64,000 nt of DNA, from the NCBI GenBank assembly GCA_964558645.1, contig CAZLEV010000002.1:64001-128000 (forward strand). Reading direction: 5' to 3'. Shown here piece by piece: positions 29,487 through 38,905 of this stretch. This DNA is from an uncultured archaeon. GTDB taxonomy: Archaea > Asgardarchaeota > Thorarchaeia > Thorarchaeales > Thorarchaeaceae. How positions within the stretch are numbered: position 1 is the first letter of the stretch; each line of letters begins with the position of its first letter. Both the position numbers and the translations under genes were made by a program. The notes below the pieces were generated by a model that saw nothing but the letters and a program-made list of their open reading frames with translations, was not told where the DNA came from and did no database searches.

Positions 29487-31514
29487 TTGGCACTCGTTTC
29501 TGTTGCACCGACGGAGAAGACAGAAAACCTCGTATACCTGCTATTTCCCACCGCGGTTGCTCTATATCTAGCAACCACGTGGACATCTCATGTTGCAGCA
29601 TGGCCTCTATTGATTGGAATTGTTGCACCCCTAGGTGGCATCGTCCTCTATGAAATTCCAATTGATCTATGGGTCGCCAAGGAGTTCTACCGGAAACGAA
29701 TCAGAAAGGGAGAATGGTCAAGCACTAACGGAGCGGAGCCGAAGGTGCTTCTTAGGCTCAGGAAGGACATGGCAAAGGCATATCTGATACTAAGAGCATA
29801 TGAAAACACTGTCACATTTCCCGGATTACCATCGAATGTTGATGACGTGCACATACGCGATACCGATGTCCAGCTTCAGGATACTGTTTCTAGCCACTAC
29901 GTCCACCGCAGGCTCTGGGAAGTTCGTGCCACCATCTGGATATTGGTTTCTACACCCTTTCTGATTTTCACGCTTGGTCCACTTGCATTGAGAGTCAATG
30001 TGGTTCCCTCCAGCTTAGTCATGGTTGGAACTCCCGCATCTGCTGCATTTCTAGCAGTGTTAATCCTTGTCTTCGACTGGAACCGGAAGAAGAACAAGTT
30101 CCGCAATGATCTAAGGTACATAGTATTCGGCCTGTTCTTGCTCTATATCTCATTCTGTATAGTCTTTTTTCCTCCCAGCTGGAACCAGACAAACCTGATT
30201 CTGACTTCTCTTACCGCTACAACCATAGTCGCCATTCTATATGCGAATATACGACGGAACCACCACCTCGTAAGACACATAGAGCTTCTCATCACCTACT
30301 ACTACTGGCAAAGGCACATAGCAATATGGTCGGGAGCAAAAGTAGAGGAAGCGGACGCTCATAGGAGTGCGATTCGCAGGGAACTTGACAACCTGCAGAC
30401 TCTACTCAACCGCAATGACACATCCGTGTTCGCTTCTCGATGGAGGGATATGCATCAAAGCATGATTCGCCGGTTTGAGGATGAATTCCCGGAGTATCTG
30501 AGAAAACACGCATTCCAGAAATGGATGAGAGTTCTCCATCTTCATGGTAATGGGGAGAATGCATCAGACGAGAGAAACCAACTGGGTTGGATGCTCTTCT
30601 ATATGTGGCATACCGAGATGAGTCCCTGCGATAAGGATGAAACTGCCCAGAAAATCATGCTACATCTCATGACCGAGTTCTATGAGAATGGCGAATTGAG
30701 AGATCTTGATGCCTCAGGAGTGTTAGAGCTCTTGCCAGATGAGAGTCTCGCTCCAGATGAGAAACGGAAGGCTAACCCATCAGATCTATTGCCTGCAATC
30801 GGAATTGCGTTTGCTGGAAAGCCCATTCCGAACGCCTCGGAACTCGCCAGAACCATGGTCAACGATTTCGGTCGATGCAGTGATATTGGGTTTGATAGGA
30901 CTCAAGTTGCCAGCTTCCTAGTACGATACGCAACTATGGTATTCCAAGCAGACCCCGCCAAGAGGAAGTACATCTTCACCAATACAGAATGTAGTCGTTT
31001 CAGAGAGATCTTTGACAAGGCGCAGGACCATCCGAATAGACTCTACTTGCTCATAGATTTCGTCGAAAGCAGTGACTCCGAGCAGAAGACCACACTACTT
31101 CGGGAATCAATGGCTGCACTTGCGGAGTCGAGTCCGAGAATATGGATGCAATTCCTTGCTTTGCGAGAGGGGGGGAATCTTACTCAAAGACTGAAAGAAG
31201 AGTTGGTCAAAGCTCACTTCTCACGGGAATCTTACCTGTTTGGTAAAGCCGAGGATTCCGAGGAGAGATTCAAGCTCGTTGCAAGAATGATGGCAGTGTT
31301 CCTTGATTGGGGTTTGGTGGGAAGATGTAACGAGATAGAACGGCTGATACTTCAAAAGCTCGCCAGCCTTCACTCAGAAGCACAAGGAATTCTCAGGGAA
31401 AAATGGGGACGTAAAGATAGGCAACGAGAGAGAGAAAGGCTCGTGGCTGAGCTCAGAGAGTTGGCAGGGGAGAAGTATGTTCATCTTTTTAGATCAGAGT
31501 CTGGAGAAGCGTGA
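29487..31514 (+). CDS. Hypothetical protein, N-terminal TM bundle plus helical C-terminal domain
   Basis: 675 aa ORF; sole long gene between repeat copies 2 and 3. Confidence 0.8.
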   Translation: MALVSVAPTEKTENLVYLLFPTAVALYLATTWTSHVAAWPLLIGIVAPLGGIVLYEIPIDLWVAKEFYRKRIRKGEWSSTNGAEPKVLLRLRKDMAKAYLILRAYENTVTFPGLPSNVDDVHIRDTDVQLQDTVSSHYVHRRLWEVRATIWILVSTPFLIFTLGPLALRVNVVPSSLVMVGTPASAAFLAVLILVFDWNRKKNKFRNDLRYIVFGLFLLYISFCIVFFPPSWNQTNLILTSLTATTIVAILYANIRRNHHLVRHIELLITYYYWQRHIAIWSGAKVEEADAHRSAIRRELDNLQTLLNRNDTSVFASRWRDMHQSMIRRFEDEFPEYLRKHAFQKWMRVLHLHGNGENASDERNQLGWMLFYMWHTEMSPCDKDETAQKIMLHLMTEFYENGELRDLDASGVLELLPDESLAPDEKRKANPSDLLPAIGIAFAGKPIPNASELARTMVNDFGRCSDIGFDRTQVASFLVRYATMVFQADPAKRKYIFTNTECSRFREIFDKAQDHPNRLYLLIDFVESSDSEQKTTLLRESMAALAESSPRIWMQFLALREGGNLTQRLKEELVKAHFSRESYLFGKAEDSEERFKLVARMMAVFLDWGLVGRCNEIERLILQKLASLHSEAQGILREKWGRKDRQRERERLVAELRELAGEKYVHLFRSESGEA

Positions 31515-31831
31515 TGACTAGTGGTGTCAATAGGCTTCGGGTTCTCCAAAGGTTGATTTGACTCCAGGGTCTTTCCGCTTTGCACCGCTTTCAATCAAAC
31601 AGTCGGAAGATTGGCAGTGTATTGTCGGCTTCAAGTTTCGAAGGAGTCTTTCGCGTTTCTCTGTGCGAAGTCTTGTGGCTTCAGCCTTCATCTACTATGT
31701 AGCTCCGGCCCCGAGGTTGAGAGTAGAGAGCAGAGAGGCGGTTGAACCAGAAGAAAGCTGAAAACTGAAGTGGCCTAATTTGTGTGTGATTCGGCCGTTT
31801 CTTGGCCAAACCAATATTATAGCAAGGTAGA

Positions 31832-31855
31832 CGGCGGGACCGGCCGGATTTGGAC
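31832..31855 (-). repeat. att-like copy 3 (degenerate)
   Basis: cggcgggaccggccggatttggac; 4 mismatches to copy 2 over 24 nt; preceded by 'aga' like copies 1 and 2. Confidence 0.75.
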
Positions 31856-32013
31856 GTCCAGAGAACAATTCAGTATGCATCTGCAGACTGTAAAACGCGA
31901 CCACTATGGCACATGCACCCTAACATAAACGCTGGAAGCATCTAGGGAAGATTCAAGAGGTAGGTATTCTTCTTACAATACTCGTAGTCGATATCCATTC
32001 TGGGGAATTTCAA

Positions 32014-32997
32014 TTGTCATTCGAAGAAAATGTGATGCATTTTGATGAAGATGGTTCAATCAGAGAGAAAGTAGATGAAGGCCTAGAAGTGCTAGAGGAA
32101 TTCAGACAAAGATTCCCATTCCATCGCGATTCTCAGGCAATCGAGAACCTGACTGGCGAAGATGTCTATGATCCACGAGTCAGCAAGGACTATTTCTTCT
32201 ACTGGCTCGAATACAAGCTAAAACCCCTAGGTAGGATGGCAGTGGGGTCTACACTTGGATATCGTAGTGCCCGTGACCATATCGAAGTGTTCAAGGAACT
32301 CCTCAAGAGTGCTGTCACGCCAAATTTGGGGCTTGCTGAGAAGGTGGATTTGGAGTGGGAAGAGCTAAGAGGTTTCGGAAACGAGAAGATAATCGCAAAG
32401 AAGATCATATCGGTGTACGACGGTGATGTTCTACCCGTCTGGAAGACATCTCACCTGAAGCATTTCTATGATGCCTTGGTGGGACGTGGCACACTTCCAC
32501 GAGACTTTGATAGGCGATCACTGGGACAGAAATACGAAGTATTGATGGATGGTCTTAGAGGAGTGAAGAGGGGCTCTGACGTGACGTCGGGCTGGCATAG
32601 TGCATATTTCGTCAAGTTCCTTTACGCGTTCTACTATGAACAGGAAATCACTGTGGAACAGCCTCCTGTTTCAATCGAGGCTGTGAGAAATATCGGTCTC
32701 AACAACTACCCCCTGACAGAGATGGATGTTGTCTTCATGTTCTCCAAGCTCCACGAAGAACTCGGCTTCCCCTATATTGTAAAGATGCAGACGGAATATC
32801 CAGACATTCAAGCTCTAGATGAACACAACGATATGATTCGTATAGAGGCGGAATACCGAGCCAGTCATTTCATTCAACATGGGCACCAACCTGAAGGTTG
32901 TGATGTGGTTGTCTGTTGGGAGAGCGATATTGGTGACGATTGGCCAGATCACTGGCCACAAATCATCTCATTACGTGAATATCTCAGTGAGAAATAG
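32014..32997 (+). CDS. Putative restriction-type nuclease (McrB-N-like domain plus PD-(D/E)XK-like domain)
   Basis: C-terminal YPDIQA...RIEAEYRASHFIQHGH..GCDVVVCWE; N-terminal YFFYWLEYKLKPLGRMAVGS. Confidence 0.65.
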   Translation: MSFEENVMHFDEDGSIREKVDEGLEVLEEFRQRFPFHRDSQAIENLTGEDVYDPRVSKDYFFYWLEYKLKPLGRMAVGSTLGYRSARDHIEVFKELLKSAVTPNLGLAEKVDLEWEELRGFGNEKIIAKKIISVYDGDVLPVWKTSHLKHFYDALVGRGTLPRDFDRRSLGQKYEVLMDGLRGVKRGSDVTSGWHSAYFVKFLYAFYYEQEITVEQPPVSIEAVRNIGLNNYPLTEMDVVFMFSKLHEELGFPYIVKMQTEYPDIQALDEHNDMIRIEAEYRASHFIQHGHQPEGCDVVVCWESDIGDDWPDHWPQIISLREYLSEK

Positions 32998-33029
32998 GTT
33001 TGAATGAACTCGGCGGGAGGTAAGGCAGA

Positions 33030-34535
33030 ATGGGTGAGGAATTCTTCACTTGGCTCGACAACCAAGTAGCATCAGAACTATCGCGTCAAGAGAAGAAGGG
33101 CATATTAGAGCTTCTCCAGAGAATATACATGGGAAGCCACATACGCGAGGAGGGAGTTAGGCAGGATGAGGATTTCATCAGTCAGAATGAATCGCATCTT
33201 GAAATCCTTTCCTCTTCGGAACTTGTCAAGAGCCGCAAGTGGTATGGGAACAGAGTGGTGGCCCCTACAAACAGAGGTATAGGCTTTGCTAAGACCATCA
33301 TCCAAGAGAATCTTCAGAGGAACTCTGGGGTAATCAAATCATTGATTTCCTCAATCAATGAATCATTGCTTGGGTTCATAGTCAATCACTTGCTGTCGAG
33401 AACGCTTTCACTCGAAGTGTCGGAGGCAGATATTGGGGAGTACTACTGGGATTGGCAAGAAATCATCTTTCTGGACAAGCGGGCCAAGCGAGCGAAAAAT
33501 GAACTCCTTGAAGGTCTAAAAAGTTTGGGACTTTCTGTTTCCGTGCACTACTATGTTTCAACTCGCGGAAAGGAATTGCGTGAACTCAATTACGTCATTG
33601 CACCGGAGATTCGGAGATACCTGCAAGATGAAGTCTGTTTTCCGGAGATATCTTGGCAGATTATCGCAAATCTGAGAGTTGCAGCGGCCCTCTGCAACGG
33701 GTATACATCTGATGAAGAATATGATGTCTTCTTCTCTTTCGATGATGAACCCGAGATACCAGAAAAATACCAACTCGCGGCAGCAAGCAAAGCGTTGATG
33801 GCCTTGCGTGAAAAGAGCGGTTTGAAATATCACACCATCGATAATGAAGGCTTTGAGATTCGTGCGGTAAATCAAGAGTCTGTACATCGGATAGCCAAAG
33901 GAATCGTCACTGAGTGCGTCGACGAGTTGCTATCGCCGGAAGACTCCAAAGAACAGAATCAACTAACAGATGCACAAGAGCATCTCGAGGCTGGAGAGAT
34001 ACCAAGGTTAATCAAAGAGCTTGTCGAAAAGAAAATGCAGTTGTTTCGGGCCTGTGCTCGAGTCCATCAGAAGAGCCTCTTTCGATCCACCCCCTCGACA
34101 GAGCAGATAGTTGTTAGGCTTCAATTATTGCCTCATAATGAAGAGGGTCTGTCTGTCTTCGTTAACCTGCTTCATCATTTCTTGATTGAAGCATCAGATA
34201 TGGTACTGCAATTCAATCAATCCGAAGAAAGAGAGCACAAGCTAATCTACAACTGGCTAGGTTTCAGCATTGGTTCAGAGCGCCGCGAAAAATACAACCA
34301 AGCAGGTATGTTCTTCCGGGAATTAAACAATCTCAGGAACTACTTCAGCCACCTAGAACACCCTGAAACTGTTTCTGTTGCCTGCGACATTCTTGAACAA
34401 TGGACTAGAAACGCATTCCCATATACACGGGAAGAGATTCTTTCTGCAAAGGTCAGAATTCTAAGCCTCGCAAAGAGTGCATTAAGCTCTCTGGAGCATC
34501 TGATACAACAAGACTACCGTGCCGACGTGAAGTGA
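33030..34535 (+). CDS. Hypothetical protein with C-terminal HEPN-like RxxxxH motif
   Basis: ELNNLRNYFSH in a helical C-terminus; 501 aa. Confidence 0.6.
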   Translation: MGEEFFTWLDNQVASELSRQEKKGILELLQRIYMGSHIREEGVRQDEDFISQNESHLEILSSSELVKSRKWYGNRVVAPTNRGIGFAKTIIQENLQRNSGVIKSLISSINESLLGFIVNHLLSRTLSLEVSEADIGEYYWDWQEIIFLDKRAKRAKNELLEGLKSLGLSVSVHYYVSTRGKELRELNYVIAPEIRRYLQDEVCFPEISWQIIANLRVAAALCNGYTSDEEYDVFFSFDDEPEIPEKYQLAAASKALMALREKSGLKYHTIDNEGFEIRAVNQESVHRIAKGIVTECVDELLSPEDSKEQNQLTDAQEHLEAGEIPRLIKELVEKKMQLFRACARVHQKSLFRSTPSTEQIVVRLQLLPHNEEGLSVFVNLLHHFLIEASDMVLQFNQSEEREHKLIYNWLGFSIGSERREKYNQAGMFFRELNNLRNYFSHLEHPETVSVACDILEQWTRNAFPYTREEILSAKVRILSLAKSALSSLEHLIQQDYRADVK

Positions 34536-35204
34536 AAGAAAAGGGGGAATCCAACAATGTCCATGGCATCGTAGAGAACGGGAAGTGAGGTGGAGGAAGA
34601 AGCGGCGGGGCTCCCCACATTCACCCCTCCCCCATTCGCGCCGAAGCTCCTTCTGCAGAGAGATCTTGTCGAGCTCTTCCATTGTCTGCTTGAAGTCCTC
34701 GGTCAGCTCGAACTCGGGAATCAGGCGGATCCATTTCACGAGTTTGCCTTCTTCAGCCTTGAAGACATCAGAAACACGAATATCCGCAATCGGGACATAC
34801 TGAGTTTCGAATCCTTTGTCTTGCAGTCTTTTCAAGAGCTCCTCGGCCCTCATCATCCCCAACCTCCGTTCGGTCTCCTGACGCCTAAGGATTCTTATGA
34901 TTTGCTTCTTGATGTCAGGCAACTGCTTCAATTCCTCAGACTCTTCTTCACTGAGTGCACGCAAGAACCAGCGTAACTCCCCAACCTCTACGCCCCTACT
35001 GTCACGGCAATAATCGATTGTCTTGTCGATGAGCCAGTTGTCTAGGGCGTATTGGATGGCCTGATTTGCCAGACTTGGCTTGTTCAGGTCACCCTGAGAT
35101 TCAATCCTGTCTTTGAGAGCTTCTTCCAGGTCCTCAAGAGGTAACCCTCGCTGGCCGCACGTGTCCAGCAAATCCATTAGAATTGCGACAGCTCCATCTA
35201 TCAT
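34482..35204 (-). CDS. Paralog 2 of double-wHTH-like core protein, C-terminal frameshift/readthrough
   Basis: Similar to 48640-49230 up to KELRRE. Two extra G in a G-run put the ancestral TGA (34621-34623) out of frame. Confidence 0.8.
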   Translation of the reverse strand: MIDGAVAILMDLLDTCGQRGLPLEDLEEALKDRIESQGDLNKPSLANQAIQYALDNWLIDKTIDYCRDSRGVEVGELRWFLRALSEEESEELKQLPDIKKQIIRILRRQETERRLGMMRAEELLKRLQDKGFETQYVPIADIRVSDVFKAEEGKLVKWIRLIPEFELTEDFKQTMEELDKISLQKELRREWGRGECGEPRRFFLHLTSRSLRCHGHCWIPPFLSLHVGTVVLLYQMLQRA

Positions 35205-35463
35205 CTTGTTCTCTCTCAGGTTTCTCCATATGCAATTTCAACTCATTGCCAAGTTCCTCCGACTGCGACTTCAGACAAGCCGCGGACACGATACCGATGA
35301 ATAGAGTCGAGAACACCACGAAGAGGACTAGGCCCCCGATGTTCGCGGAGGCCTCCGGGTATAGGTCAAGGGGGAGCATCGACGCGGTGGTCAGGACCAG
35401 CACGACGCGGAGCACAGCAATGAACCTGAAGAGGGCGACCTTCAGGCCACCATTCTCGGTCAT
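35134..35463 (-). CDS. Small two-TM hypothetical protein, possibly remnant
   Basis: Two hydrophobic segments; GAGGTG upstream; tail overlaps the next gene. Confidence 0.45.
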   Translation of the reverse strand: MTENGGLKVALFRFIAVLRVVLVLTTASMLPLDLYPEASANIGGLVLFVVFSTLFIGIVSAACLKSQSEELGNELKLHMEKPEREQDDRWSCRNSNGFAGHVRPARVTS

Positions 35464-35775
35464 GATTCACACACCTCTCATCGTACAATACGGTGTATCG
35501 GTATTGCTTGAATGTTCGGACAGAGAAAGCAGAGAGCGGATAGAGGTATTGGATGCCTTTAGCAGTGTAATTAGAGTTGCTTTATTTAAAAGAGGTAATT
35601 GACCCTTTGTTACCATTTTGGAGCAATATGGCGTGCTATTATTGGCGGCTACTGTATACTAGTGCACGGATTTCGCAATCTAGCTCCTCATTCTCAGGGG
35701 GCATCTCTATTGTCTTTAGTTGATGTTACCTCCAAAACGCCCTTCATCGAAACATCGATTGGGTTTGATAATCAG

Positions 35776-38613
35776 TTAGACGGATGGCGAAGGTGGCCAC
35801 CAGCGAGGGGCGTGCGTTTCAAAGGCCTCTGGTTGGACAATGCCACATCTCGCAAGAACACTCACGAATTCTCTTGAGTCAAGAAGCCCTGAGAGAGCCC
35901 AGACATATAGTAGAGCGAAAGTCGAAGCATCAAGGAGTGTCACACCTCTATCCTTTGCCACAGAATGAAGATTTCTATCGAAAGTAAGCCAACCTACAGT
36001 AATTCTGTGTGTTGACCGCCCTTGACATTTCTGGAGCGGGGAGAGCGCATCGGAATGACTTTCGATTGGCGTTCCGTCAGTCCTAGTCTTTGCTTCAAAA
36101 CAAAGCCTTACCTTACCTCCTGAGGAAACAAGGTATGCTTCCGGCCGAGGTATGTTGGCACCTGCGCCCCGATCACGTACCTGCTGCGATTCAAGCCCAG
36201 GCCAGAACTGCCCAAGCCCGGTAATTGCACTCCGGACTCCTTCTTCAAAAGCATCGGGCCCGTGTAGAAGCTTCTCTACGTTATCTGTGAATTTGCCCAT
36301 GTACTTCGCCAATAATCGGACGTACTCCGCTCTTCGTCTGGTCAAATCCTCGACTGACCAAAGGGCTCGAGCCTTGCAGTCATAGAACTCTCGCGAGCTC
36401 AGCCCAGTATCTCGAGGTGAAAAGTCCTCATAAGGATACTCTAGGAGATCTCTTACTGTCGATATATCCATCCTTCGAAGACTTTGAACAATCTTTCTTC
36501 CATTAACATCGCGCCGAAAGAGACGTATCAGGTCTGCGCTAGCGTGGTCCGACCCGATTTCTAGACTGTCACGAAGTCTCCTGAGGTGTGAAATCAAATG
36601 CCCACAACTGCCGACCTTCTCCGGACCGCATTTGTCAGCTATCGTCAAGTACTGCTGTAGCACTTCCACCGCACTAGGAACTAGCCGCTCAATGACTTCC
36701 TCGGGAGAATGGAACTGTCCTAGCTTGTCGCCTATATCCTTCAGTGACTCTTCCGAAATTGATGAGTCTAAGAGTGATGCACAGAAATACGCTTGTTGAC
36801 GGCGACGTGTTACTTGCACGGTCATTTCACGACCAGAGCTGTCCATATTGGCGATATATCGGCTATACTGCGATTCGTTCGATACTTCATGGCCGAAGAA
36901 GGAGCTGTCGAATCGGCTAGTCAAGCATAGATAGAAGAGGGCAGCCATCCGGTCAAACGCCTTTCCTCTGAAGACCTCCGACGACTCACCTAGGTTTCTA
37001 ATCAGAAGACAGGCATCGCTCGGTATCGCACCACTAGTGATGACCGCCCGCCCCAGGTCTGTACACTCATAGCGGGTTTCCGATTCGTTTCCATCTGAGG
37101 AGATGAACCCATATCTTGTGAGCGCATCAAGAGAATTCTTCAGAGTCAGTTCCGTTCTTCGGTCCATATCAGGGGGAGCAAAACTTCTGGAAAGAGTTAC
37201 CTCGAGTTGCGAGAGAGATCGCATCCCCTGCCAGATCCATGACAGGAGTGCTAACTGAGTTTCCGAAGCGTCGCGGAGAAGATAGGATTCGAGCCGTGGC
37301 TCTGTGTCCAGGATGTATTCGTCCAAAGAGGATTCCATATCCATGGTCGATTCTGTCAGAATCACGCTTTCGCCCTCTTCTTGGAGTCCAGATCGACCGG
37401 CACGTCCAGCCATATTCTTGTACTTGACTGATGATATTGAAGATTGGGCAACTCTGGTATCGTAGAAGTACACACGCGATGCAGGAAGATTGACCCCAAC
37501 GCCCAAGGTGGTTGTCGACACCAATACTATCAGTCGCCGTTGCCTGAACTCAGATTCAATCAAGGATCGGAGGGTCTTTCCAAGACCCGCATGGTGATAT
37601 GCAACTCCAGTTGAGAAGAGCTTGTGGAAGGTGCGGATAGTATTCTCTGATGAGTAGCGAATCTCGTCAAGCAGTTTATGTGAACGAATGATGTCTTCTT
37701 CGGGGAGTTCAATATCTTCAGACGCAATCCTGCCAGCTAGGTGTTTCGAGATGATCTGGGCAAGCCTTCGAGCATCCTTTCGCGTTGGTACAAAGATGAT
37801 AACCTGAGCGCGAATGTCAGTATCACTTTCCAAGTAGTCTAGCACCATGTACACGAGAACTGCATCCTTGTCCAAATCCGACTCGTACTCAAGCTCTTCA
37901 TGAGAGACCAGACTTCCATTCTCATAGAAGTCGATAGTGTGCGTGTCGGGGTCGAGAACTCCTTCACGAAGCGGCGTTGGCCTCCAATGAGACAAGACAG
38001 AGTGCTTTTCGCATTCAAGCCACTGCTCTATCTGGTCAGTGTTTGAAACCACGGAGCAGAGGGCCAGGATCGGAGGACGCTGTGGATTAGCAAGAAGCTG
38101 GGTAATGGCCGCCTCCTGACGAGCTCCTCGCCTGTGTTCTTCGATGAAGTGCAGTTCATCCACGACAACAAGATCTACACTCAGGACTCTCTCCAAACTT
38201 GTCCTCAGCATCAGCTGGAACAGCTCATATGTGAGGACCAGTACGTTGCTCTCCACCAACGGATCTCCATCTATCGCCTCGTCACCTGTCCATATGTTAA
38301 CCTGTCTGCCGAAAGATGTATTCTCGAGAAAGGAGAAGCGCTCCCCGATCTCTCTAGCCATAGCCTTGTACGGCACCAGATATAGAATCAGTCCGTGTAT
38401 ATTCTGGTACAGCTTCTTCATTATCGCTAGTTCAGCTACGAATGTCTTGCCGCTGCCGTGCGGTGCACTCACCAAGAAACTGTCCCACTCGAAATCCAAG
38501 AGACCCTTCTCTATTGCCTCAGCCTGCGCAGGCCAAATCTCATTAAGAGATCTCTCCTTTAGTATTTTCAAGTAACTACTAGGGAAGTACTTACTAAGTT
38601 CTGAAACGTTCAT
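35776..38613 (-). CDS. Ski2/Hel308-like SF2 helicase fused to C-terminal PD-(D/E)XK-like nuclease domain
   Basis: APHGSGKT, VPYKAMARE, DELH, YHHAGL, TTTLGVGVNLPA, MAGRAGR, TDLGR; C-terminal RPEAYL...LCFEAKT. Start placed at ATG 38613 (ORF track gives 38733). Confidence 0.85.
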   Translation of the reverse strand: MNVSELSKYFPSSYLKILKERSLNEIWPAQAEAIEKGLLDFEWDSFLVSAPHGSGKTFVAELAIMKKLYQNIHGLILYLVPYKAMAREIGERFSFLENTSFGRQVNIWTGDEAIDGDPLVESNVLVLTYELFQLMLRTSLERVLSVDLVVVDELHFIEEHRRGARQEAAITQLLANPQRPPILALCSVVSNTDQIEQWLECEKHSVLSHWRPTPLREGVLDPDTHTIDFYENGSLVSHEELEYESDLDKDAVLVYMVLDYLESDTDIRAQVIIFVPTRKDARRLAQIISKHLAGRIASEDIELPEEDIIRSHKLLDEIRYSSENTIRTFHKLFSTGVAYHHAGLGKTLRSLIESEFRQRRLIVLVSTTTLGVGVNLPASRVYFYDTRVAQSSISSVKYKNMAGRAGRSGLQEEGESVILTESTMDMESSLDEYILDTEPRLESYLLRDASETQLALLSWIWQGMRSLSQLEVTLSRSFAPPDMDRRTELTLKNSLDALTRYGFISSDGNESETRYECTDLGRAVITSGAIPSDACLLIRNLGESSEVFRGKAFDRMAALFYLCLTSRFDSSFFGHEVSNESQYSRYIANMDSSGREMTVQVTRRRQQAYFCASLLDSSISEESLKDIGDKLGQFHSPEEVIERLVPSAVEVLQQYLTIADKCGPEKVGSCGHLISHLRRLRDSLEIGSDHASADLIRLFRRDVNGRKIVQSLRRMDISTVRDLLEYPYEDFSPRDTGLSSREFYDCKARALWSVEDLTRRRAEYVRLLAKYMGKFTDNVEKLLHGPDAFEEGVRSAITGLGQFWPGLESQQVRDRGAGANIPRPEAYLVSSGGKVRLCFEAKTRTDGTPIESHSDALSPLQKCQGRSTHRITVGWLTFDRNLHSVAKDRGVTLLDASTFALLYVWALSGLLDSREFVSVLARCGIVQPEAFETHAPRWWPPSPSV

Positions 38614-38732
38614 CCCAAACACCACCGATATGGGGCTATGCTCTTCCCGGATTTCAGTCTTTGCTCGCGAGTACCTCGAAGTGACTAAATGAGCTGAATC
38701 GGCCGTTGTCCTGATGTTAGCACAAGAAATCA

Positions 38733-38755
38733 ATGCGGGACCTCCCCGATTTGAA
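38733..38755 (-). repeat. att-like copy 4
   Basis: atgcgggacctccccgatttgaa; 20/23 identical to copy 1. Confidence 0.8.
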
Positions 38756-38905
38756 AACCTTCGCCGCCTTTCTTGTTCCGTGCGTAAGAAGAGGCAATCC
38801 CACTAGATTAACCAAAAGAGATCATCATTGCGGCAAACCAGATGGCAGGCCTAAGTCGGCCTTGAAGCTCGATGCAATGAATTTGACAGTGTGCCATGCC
38901 AGATC

